The notes beneath the pieces are model-generated. The model did not search any database. It had not been told where the DNA came from and saw nothing but the letters and a program-made list of their open reading frames with translations. DNA of 63,081 nucleotides, filler included, from Reticulomyxa filosa (taxonomy: Eukaryota; Protista; Foraminifera): assembly GCA_000512085.1 (NCBI GenBank). It is 19 parts of 19 records of this genome, joined end to end, with 100 filler letters (N's around TTAATTAATTAA, not from the genome) between each part and the next. Parts side by side here need not be neighbours in the genome. Positions count along the whole stretch, not along the records: positions 54,426 to 56,001 come from ASPP01027804.1; positions 56,102 to 57,737 come from ASPP01015674.1; positions 57,838 to 63,081 come from ASPP01007605.1; 16 more parts are not named here. One strand, 5' to 3'. Position 1 is the stretch's first letter. The number at the start of each line of letters is the position of its first letter. A program made the position numbers and the translations under genes. Shown here in pieces: positions 54,326 through 63,081 of the stretch.

Positions 54326-54639
54326 NNNNNNNNNNNNNNNNNNNNNNNNNNNNNNNNNNNNNNNNNNNNTTAATTAATTAANNNNNNNNNNNNNNNNNNN
54401 NNNNNNNNNNNNNNNNNNNNNNNNNTGTTCAAAGGTTTTAACAGTTCTTGCTCATTCTTTTCCGTCTTCTTGTACGCGACTTGCAAACTAGCCCGATCTT
54501 CCTCGCTTCACACTTTGGATCATCGAGTTGACGGTAGGCTGTTTCGAGCTGATATCGTCTGGCTCTTTGCGATAAGATACCAAATATCTCACTGCAAGAA
54601 TCTTTATGGCTCTGCGCGGGCCGTCTTGATATAATCACT

Positions 54640-55471
54640 GAGACATACACTCACCTTCTTGTCAATCGACATTCGGAACAAGCCATTGTATTCATTAATA
54701 AACCATTTGCCTGTCATTTCAACCAAGTTGTCTTTAATTGTAACCCGATACACGACCAAGTGCATTCACAAATACTTTTTCTCAAAGTAGGGTGTCCATT
54801 GATATTGATAATAATCAGCTTTCACTCGTGTTTGGAGCTCACTGGCACAGTAACTGGGGGATAGTATTTCCTTTGTCATTTCTATTTCAAACGTATCGTA
54901 CAAACTACCACTCGTCCACGTGCCCTTCGATTTTTTTCTTGGCATTCCTCGATACACCACCGGTGTGACTACCTAAATATATTTTTTCCATCAACAATTT
55001 GTCATCCAATCGTGCACTAATACAAACTCATCGCTCATTGTTTGACCAATGTTCCATCGACCACGCACCGTCTTTCCATCACTGTCTAAATGCACCCGTG
55101 TGTACGCCACGCTATGTTTTCCAACATACGCTTTTACAAACTGCACTTCTCCAGTAGACATATCCCACTTTGCCCGTAATCTTACATTTTCCTACATCAT
55201 CAGAACCGTTGCCACTCAGATCACCATCTGAACTCAAGTCTCAATTGAATTGCCATTTCGTGCCAAACGCCATTAGATTTGTATTGTCCTTTTATCATCT
55301 TCTTTTTTTTTTTTTTGAGATTTGTCGTGTGTTTATGTTTTTCGTTTTTCCGCAAGAAATGTTTTTTTTTTTTGTCATTGTTATACGTCGTACCATTCCG
55401 TGACGTATCTCCCGAGTTTCTTCTTGTTTGTTTGTTTATTCTCACAAATTTATTTTGCATACCTGCGACAT
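54640..55471 (-). pseudogene. Frameshifted gene with repeated beta-strand-rich units
   Basis: Fragments GDLSGNGSDDVGKCKITG, FVKAYVGKHSVAY, VRGRWNIG; YLGSH.VVYRG..KGTW; FEKKYL*MHLVVYR..MTGKW. Confidence 0.55.
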
Positions 55472-55842
55472 TTTTTTTTCTCTGGTCATTATATTCATTT
55501 ATTTGGTTTCACCAATATTAACTCAAATCTTTTTCCATGAACACTTTAAACATTTTGCTTGTAAAGAGTTTAAAGCAGCAATAATCTGTTAAAACATATA
55601 TGTTTGTACGCAATGTAAATGGAAAAATATCACAAATTGAATAACCAATAAATACAATTATCATAGTCATAAACACGCATATGCATATCAATAGCATTTG
55701 CAATCATTTCCAAATGTTTTATTACAAACCATTTTTGAGTTATTTAAGCAATTTATAAATCGTTTGTTCAAGTCAAAGAAAGTACATTCAACAAACCAAC
55801 CCTTTCAAGCAGTATGATACATAACATTTGCACTACGTTCAA

Positions 55843-56001
55843 TTAACGCAAGGAGCGTATATTAAGCGCGCCTTTGGTGGTGCCCTTGTGTTTCAACGAC
55901 CAAGCGAAGAACTCGGCGATGCATTCTCCGCCGAAATCTCGCAAAGAGCAGTCTTGCGAATCGCCCAAGGCGTCGTAGACGGCCTCGAGTAGGGCCAGTG
56001 T
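55843..56001 (-). CDS. PRKDC: Fragment of DNA-dependent protein kinase catalytic subunit (HEAT region)
   Basis: TLALLEAVYDALGDSQDCSLRDFGGECIAEFFAWSLKH...NIRSL compared with recalled human [38 protein letters not shown]...NTKSL. Confidence 0.82.
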   Translation of the reverse strand, partial: TLALLEAVYDALGDSQDCSLRDFGGECIAEFFAWSLKHKGTTKGALNIRSLR

Positions 56002-56103
56002 NNNNNNNNNNNNNNNNNNNNNNNNNNNNNNNNNNNNNNNNNNNNTTAATTAATTAANNNNNNNNNNNNNNNNNNNNNNNNNNNNNNNNNNNNNNNNNNN
56101 NAA

Positions 56104-56283
56104 TTGTATGTGATTAAGGGAGATAACGTAGATGAAGAATTTAAAGGAATATTATGTCTTAAATTTATATCACTGAAAAAAAAAGGAAACAACAATGAAG
56201 ACAAATTAATTGATAATTGTGAAATTAATTTATGTTATGGTTCAGTCAAGGGTCCAATTTATGTTTGGGGGATGAACACATAA
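56104..56283 (+). CDS. C-terminus of a WD40-repeat family protein
   Basis: LYVIKG...GILCLKFISLKKK...INLCYGSVKGPIYVWG resembles a terminal WD40 blade. Confidence 0.6.
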   Translation: MYVIKGDNVDEEFKGILCLKFISLKKKGNNNEDKLIDNCEINLCYGSVKGPIYVWGMNT

Positions 56284-56499
56284 TAAGTTTTTTTGGAATT
56301 TTCTACAATTTTTTTTAATGAAAAGGATATTAATGAGATTATTTTAAATGAATTTATTTTCATTTCATTCATTTTGAAATTTAAGATTTTTACCTTGTAC
56401 ATCGTTTACATTACACCATGATATATCGTAAAATAATATTGTTAAAACCACTGCTCCATCCTGTGTATAATGAATACATTCATTGTTCGATTATCATTT

Positions 56500-57180
56500 T
56501 AATTTATTTTTTTTTCAATTTGATACAAATCCTTCCATAAAAAAGTATTGATGTATACAACAAAATTACCTAACTTTCAACGTTTTAATATCTCATTTTT
56601 TTTCAATTCCATTCTGTATTCTTCGATATCTGTCCGTCCTTTATCTTTCAACATCCACTGTTTCTCCATTTCTGTCTCTTTTTTTATTCACTCACTTACT
56701 TGAGTTTTCATACGGATAGATACATTAGCATTTCCACCATTGTCCCAAAAATGTATACAAAACTCTTTTTTTTTGCTCATTATAGCGATATAATCATCCA
56801 ATCAAATTAGCAAAATCTTTCATATTTCATCCACGTATTGTCACTTATAGTATCTGTAAATCTTTTAAAGTATCAGGTTCATGGCCATAAACAACAAACA
56901 ATTATCAATATCTAAGAATTGTATTCATAAAAAGCAATAATAATTGGCTTGTTGTTGCGTCTGTCAAGGGTATCCATTAATCATTGTGTTTTTTTGCATT
57001 TTCATCCACAAATTATAATTTCATTTTTATGCACGACATGTTCAGACCATGAAGTAAGGCATGTAAATGAGCCAATGTTTGTTACATTCTGTTTTGCCAT
57101 TTCTTTCATGTCAGTTATCTCCATCTTGGCTTCTTCAAATAATTTATAACGTGTTTGACGATTCTTTTTTATTACGTTTC
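56500..57180 (-). pseudogene. Decayed Kelch-like family gene
   Basis: Remnants HVVHKNEIIICG and CIHFWDNGG with many stops. Very AT-rich. Confidence 0.4.
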
Positions 57181-57915
57181 CTCCGACGTAAACCGAGAAG
57201 GAAACTTGTAACCATTTAAAAAAATCACGTATGTTGAAATTTAAAAAAATGCAATAACGATGGAATATTACAAAGTTCTACACATTTTGTTGCTTTGCTA
57301 GGTTGTTTTTTTTTCCACTTGTATGATGAAATTTACGTTATATTTTTTATAACCAACAAGTAATATTGGTTCAACAAATGTCTCTGAAGTAGAAAAAAAT
57401 TAATAATTTACATACAAGTCCTGTTCATTTGAATCGATTTAGTAAAAATAAAAGTCAATAAAACATCAAGAAAGACGCGCCAAAACCATAACAACAAAAA
57501 TCTTTCTGCTAAAGAATTTTTTTGAACTGAAAAATTTGTGGTAGCGACTCTATTTTTTGTAAAAAAAATCACTCCATTTCAAAAAAAATTCACATAATTT
57601 CTTGTAAAAGAACAACTGTTTTGTGTTTCCATTAAACACGAAATTATGCTCGCACGTTTATAATATTACAAAGTATTGTAAATGAAGATTTGATTTTGTT
57701 GTCATTTTCATTAATTTTTCCAAAAATTAAAAAATAANNNNNNNNNNNNNNNNNNNNNNNNNNNNNNNNNNNNNNNNNNNNTTAATTAATTAANNNNNNN
57801 NNNNNNNNNNNNNNNNNNNNNNNNNNNNNNNNNNNNNGGTTGGCTCTTACGACTAGTCTGTGGTGGGGGTCTTTTTTGTTGAACTTTTATTGTTATAACT
57901 TTTTTTAAAAAAAAG

Positions 57916-59739
57916 GGTGTGGTGCTTTACATGGATCCAAGAATGAGGGAGATGATGCATGACTACCAAAGTCGATTGGACTCGATTGCAACTGAAACAA
58001 GTAACATTTCCCAAACACCACATACACATAAATATACTTTTTTTTTCCCCCCTCACTTGCGAATCGAACTTTTTGCTTCTCACTGTGTTGGTGACAGATA
58101 CAAACATATTCTTGGGCAGCCGAGATCTATTTTGGCTTAACGAATTCCAATTGGCCATTGAAGGACAGCCAAAGGATGTCTCCAAGGCACGACAACAAGT
58201 AGACCAAGTAATGAGTCAGTTGAAAGCTTTGACGGTATTGTTATATTTATTTACTTTTTTTTTTTTTTTGGAAAAAATAACAAGTTCTTGCCTTGTTTTT
58301 TTCAATTTTTTTTTTTATGTTGTTATTGTTATCCGTAAAGATGACAGTCGTGTTGCCGCCGACTGTAAGTCAAGAGATGGCGAAAGAAAGCAAGCAACTG
58401 GCGCAAACGATTCAAAAGCAATTTGGAGTCGACACCATTATGATTCAACAACACAAGTATGTATACGCACATTTGATTGGAACGAGTCCTCAAGTCACTG
58501 CTGCTGCGTCCGTGATCGACAGTCGCTCACATGTTTGAGACGTATCTGCACTTGTGTCCCCACTCTTTCTTTTCTTTGTCTCTGAAAATAATAATGTTCA
58601 GTGGCAACATGCAAACAAACTAAAATGAATAGAGATTAAACAAATTGCGTGGAGGTGAAAGTGAGCGATTGCTGTTGAGTAGTTTTATTATTATTATTAT
58701 TGTTATTATTACCATTATATTGTGTGTCGTGTTTAATTTACTGTTGCTTTGTTTGTTTGCTTCAAGTCGACGAGAGCGCATAAAGAATTTGAATTTCTTG
58801 GAGCTGGGCGTGGGCGGATTAGACTTAACCCTTCGCGATATGTTGCGAAGGACATTTGAATCACGCCTCATATCTAATCGCTTGCGAGAGGAGTTAGATT
58901 TGGCTCACGTGAAAGGAGTGTTGCTGCATGGACCTCCAGGCACCGGAAAAACTCTGATTGCACGCAAGATTAGCAACATTTTAGGATGCAATCAGCCAAA
59001 GATTGTAAATGGTCCTGAAGTCGAAAGCAAATGGGTTGGTGAGGCCGAGAAAAATATTCGTAACTTGTTTGAAGAAGCGCAACAAGAATTTGAGGAAAAA
59101 GGAGAAAACAGCACCTTGCATGTTGTCATCTTTGATGAAATCGACGCCATTGCGAAAAAAAGAGGCGGCGCACATGCCAAGTCAAGAGATGGAGCCCTGA
59201 ATCAATTGCTGTGTTGTATGGATGGTATCAATTCCTTGGATAATGTTGTTGTCTTTGGGCTGACCAATCGAAAGGATTGTTTGGACCCTGCTTTATTGAG
59301 ACCAGGAAGATTGGAAGTCCAATTAGAAATTGTTAGATTTTTTTTTTTTTGCTATATAAAAATGTGCACATTTAAAAAAAATTGGAAGATAATTTTTTTT
59401 TTTTTTAATCAACTTTTGTCATAGGGATTGCCTGATGCTCAAGGACGCGAGGATATATTGCGAATTCACACCCAAAAAATGAGAGATCACAATCGATTAG
59501 ACTCAAATGTAAATTTGCGTGTGTTGGCAGAGTACACTGAGGGTTTCTCTGGTGCAGATTTAGCTGGAATGGTTAGATCAGCTGTATCGTATGCATTAGA
59601 CAATATGAAAGATGAAGATGATGTCATCATAACTCAGGAAATGTTGCAAAGAGGACTGGCGGAAATTCGGTATGCCAAAGAACATATGCCTAGTAGCGAA
59701 GATCCTGAATCCAACTACTCAGGGCTATTGCAAGCCTAA
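57916..59739 (+). CDS. NSF/Sec18-like AAA+ ATPase (D1 only) with N-terminal KH-like domains; multi-exon, 5'-partial
   Basis: LGVGGLD..LRRTFESR, HVKGVLLHGPPGTGKTLIAR, PKIVNGPEV, LHVVIFDEIDAI, GLTNRKD, ALLRPGRLEVQLEI|GLPD (intron 59332-59424), FSGADL. Stop at 59739. Confidence 0.9.
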
Positions 59740-60385
59740 TTTTTTATACACTTCAAAAAAAAAAAATCGGATTTTTGTTTTCTCCTCCAATTAAAATCTT
59801 TCACTTTTTGAATTGTAAAATGAAATTTTTGTTTGTGTTGACAAACCAAGGGCAATGGATGCACAAACAACCACTAAATTTTTTCTTTCTGTTTTTTTTT
59901 TGGTTTTTTGTGCTGCCTCGTGTGCATAAAAGTGCTCTTTTTGTCATATCTTTGGGCTTTAGGCGCGTAATCATTTTTTTCCCCTCCCATTGTTCTTGTT
60001 GATGTTGTTTACTATTGATTTGTTCACTCTCTCGAAGAAAATTAATTCGTATAAGGAAGGTGTTGCTGTTTTGTTTTTAGAAGTTTGAAGAACGGTAATG
60101 CGGAAGAGTACTGAACAATCAAGAAAGGTTGATAAAAAAGCAAGCAAACTTAAAGAATCAATAAATAGCGTGAAGAAAAAAAGATCAAAGATTTATCGCT
60201 AACATAATGTTCAGCAAAATAAAAACATCAAACAAATCAAAGTAATTAAACGTCTAAACAACAATGATGACATCTTTTTTTCTTTATGTTGAAACAGTTG
60301 CTTTGAATGTGAGGGTCGTCAGGGCTGGGTAGAGTGAAAAAAGGGCTATTGTTTTTTAAAATTTTTTTTTGATTTTTACCAGAAA

Positions 60386-60988
60386 ATGCGATCTACAAAG
60401 GCCACTAAACGAACCTTAAAGGAATTGGAAAATGAAGAAATAAAAAAAAATGAAACAGAAACCGACATCTACGTTGAAGGGGGCGTACTAAAAGGTGTTT
60501 CACACGACGAAAGTCTCGAAGTTGTTCAAGAACAAATAAGAAGCTATGCTAAGATCGCAAATGAGAATTTGAAGAACAAGGCAACATGTGTGTTATTGTG
60601 GAATGTTCCGCGTTTTGTGGAACATTTTGAGTTGATTGACTTAATAAATGAAATGCTGCCCCAAAAGAGCAATACTGATAGAGATCTAATTTCAACAAAT
60701 GGTGTTTTACAATTGGATTACCGTCCCTCTCACTTGGGAATTGCATTAGTGCGCTTGGCAAGTCCTAACTTAGCGAATAAATTAGTAAAACAATTAGATG
60801 GCTATACATTCTTTGATAAGATTAAAAAGCATAATTCCTATCCATTAGTTACTGCTTTGATTACTGTCAAACAGCAAAGCTTGTCCATTAATGAAACATT
60901 GAAAAAGAAAATGAAGGTGGAAGCTGCTTATAAAAAAAAAAATACTGTGCCAAAGAAGACTAAAGAACCAATGAAAATTGATACATAA
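60386..60988 (+). CDS. Lys-rich protein with an RRM-like domain; an upstream exon near 60098 is possible
   Basis: CVLLWNVP (RNP2-like) and LGIALVRL..ANKLVKQLDGYTF (RNP1 and helix 2). Confidence 0.6.
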   Translation: MRSTKATKRTLKELENEEIKKNETETDIYVEGGVLKGVSHDESLEVVQEQIRSYAKIANENLKNKATCVLLWNVPRFVEHFELIDLINEMLPQKSNTDRDLISTNGVLQLDYRPSHLGIALVRLASPNLANKLVKQLDGYTFFDKIKKHNSYPLVTALITVKQQSLSINETLKKKMKVEAAYKKKNTVPKKTKEPMKIDT

Positions 60989-61578
60989 TAAGACAAAGTT
61001 GAAGAATTTTGTTGTTTTGTTCAAATTGTTTTGTGAGTTTATTTGATTATTAACATTTTCGTTTTGTTTTATTTGAAAAAAGATCCCTTGTAATCTTTTA
61101 ACTACTAAATTTGAATTGATCGAATTATATTTTCATCCAAAGGTATTCATAAAGTGGTTAGCAAACAGAAATTGTTAAGAAAATCATGACAAGGAACCGT
61201 AAACCTTTAATGCACTGGCGTACAAATTTTTTTAAAAAGAGGGGAAATTTTTTCATCAACCCACACAACCAAACAAAACGATGTTTACAAAGCAAATTTT
61301 ATCATCAATTAAAGTGGAAATGAACAAAAAAAACAACGACAAAAAAAAAAAGAGAAACTGTTGAATTAAAATAATAGGAAATAATTAAAAGTTCCATTCA
61401 ACATTTTCAATGATACATTGCACGCGTTGCTTGAAAAAATCGTGACATTCGTAGATGTGGGAAAGGAAGAAAAAAGGATTGAATAGGAAAAAACATACGA
61501 AAATAATACAAAAAATGATATGGAAGATCAGACAAAGCAAAACACATTTTTTTCAAACAAAACAAAAACAAAACTGTT

Positions 61579-62990
61579 TCACCATCCATAAAAGTCATCG
61601 TCGTCTTCCTCATTTTCTTGATGATAGTGCTCATCATCGTCATAGTAATCCTCTTCATAGTTGTAATAATCGTAATATCCATACATGTGATTATAATTGT
61701 CTTCATTGTCATTGTAGTAAAAAAAGAATTTTTCTTCCTTTTCATCGTCCGGATGCTGGTTTGAATTTTGCCAATTGTGAGATGTTGGTTTTTCATCTTC
61801 TTCTTCTAGCGGAGAGTAATCTTGTTTACGACGATATCTGGCAATTTTGTTTTGAATTGCTCGATTCTTGTCTTTTTCTAACGTTACAAACCCCCACATT
61901 CCATGTATTGTCGTTCGTTGCAGATCAAAGAAGATAGCATTTGGAATACTTTAGAAAAGAAAAGCTACACACATAATCACTACAGTTTAGAACACTCCCA
62001 CCCAACTGTCACGAGGGACATATCGGCGAAATACGCGAAAGTCGACAAATACCATATTCTCGTAGTGCAAGCCCATGGCAATTCTTCGCACTTTGTAATG
62101 AGTTTTTTGGCCACGGAGTCGACATACTTGTGAATATTGGTAACCAGTGCATGTAAGGCGCTATCTTTGACATCCTTTCTTGACACCGCTATGATAAAAT
62201 ATCCACCTGGAGCCCACGTGCCAAGCGCAAGGGCGGACATACAACAATACATACACACACACACACAAATAAAATAAAAAAAAGCCTTTGTCTGTTGCAC
62301 AAATGTTCAGCCGAGATCAAGTATGTGACCATACATAAAATGTATATACATATATGTATATCAGTTATAAAGATATGTGTATAATTTGGTTGTGTATTTA
62401 TTATATTATTAATCAATTCTTTATTTGCTTGTTTATGAAATTACCATTCATAATGATTTGTCGCTCAAATACAGCGGCAATATCTTGCTTGGGCTGCACT
62501 ACGCGCAAGGCCTTGTGAGACAATTTTTCAGAGTCAATTTTGATGGTCGCGTCGTAATACACACAGGAGAAGGAATATTTCGGGAATTTACTGTTTGGTA
62601 GGCACATGCAACATTCGAGCCACTGAGCGTCCACAATGCGTACTTCTTCGAATAGATTGTACGGCTCATCTCCGCGGGCCGCCGACTGCAACATGTGTCT
62701 CCATTTGACAATATTTGGCAAGACAACTTTCCTCGGCAGTCCGCCGTTTTCAATGAAACATCGGACCGCGTCCATAAACTGCGAATCCTGCACGAGCAAG
62801 TTGCCTCCTGTGCATCCATCTCGCCGAAAGATTCGTTGATAGCAAGCATTGCGTTCAAAATCGCTCATTAAGTCGCTCAAATCGAACCCGAGTTGGTCCA
62901 GAGACGCAACGGACGAGCTCCTTCGACCAAGAGCACGGCTCGATTTGTCCGTGCTTTCGGATTTTGGTGTCACTTGTCCGGCAAACAAAC
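61579..62990 (-). CDS. Multi-exon hypothetical protein, possibly SAM-methyltransferase-like fold, with a D/Y-rich acidic tail; 5'-partial
   Basis: ORFs 62413-62988, 61980-62300 and 61579-61899 separated by TA/CA-rich introns. SFSCVYYD and WAPGGYFII resemble MTase strands. Confidence 0.5.
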
Positions 62991-63081
62991 GACACTGTTA
63001 AAACAATATTTTGAGAAAGAGAGCAACAATTAAGACTTACATACACAAAAAATATTTCAAAAAAAAAAAAAAAAAAAAAAA

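Overview
This window is not one locus. It is 19 unrelated short contigs joined by 18 artificial 100-bp linkers (N44-TTAATTAATTAA-N44). Eighteen contigs look like one AT-rich, intron-containing protist genome. My inference is a foraminiferan such as Reticulomyxa, based on a divergent alpha-tubulin, Kelch- and WD40-family gene ends, PTxxPT surface proteins, (TA)n-rich introns, many pseudogenes and homopolymer indels. Recognisable eukaryotic genes: topoisomerase II, Nup93/Nic96-like, a 7TM-like membrane protein, a CaMK-type kinase, a G-protein-coupled receptor kinase (RGS + kinase + CaaX), an epoxide-hydrolase-type alpha/beta hydrolase, a renalase-like oxidoreductase, a G-alpha subunit, RBBP5/Swd1, a ParB/Srx-like protein, an NSF-like AAA ATPase and a DNA-PKcs fragment. 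There are also decayed Ty3/Gypsy, Tc1/mariner and LINE elements. One contig (23628-25363) is bacterial. It carries a high-GC SAF-domain oxidoreductase followed by a lower-GC gene encoding a PD-(D/E)XK-like nuclease fused to an apparently inactive STAND NTPase, which is the best candidate here for an uncharacterised anti-phage system. Other notable items: a KH-KH-AAA NSF paralog with no D2 domain, an intron-containing ParB-toxin-like gene, a G-alpha with Asp at the Ras-G12-equivalent position, and an orphan DNA-PKcs exon. All calls come from motif recognition by eye. No searches were run, and exon boundaries are manual predictions.
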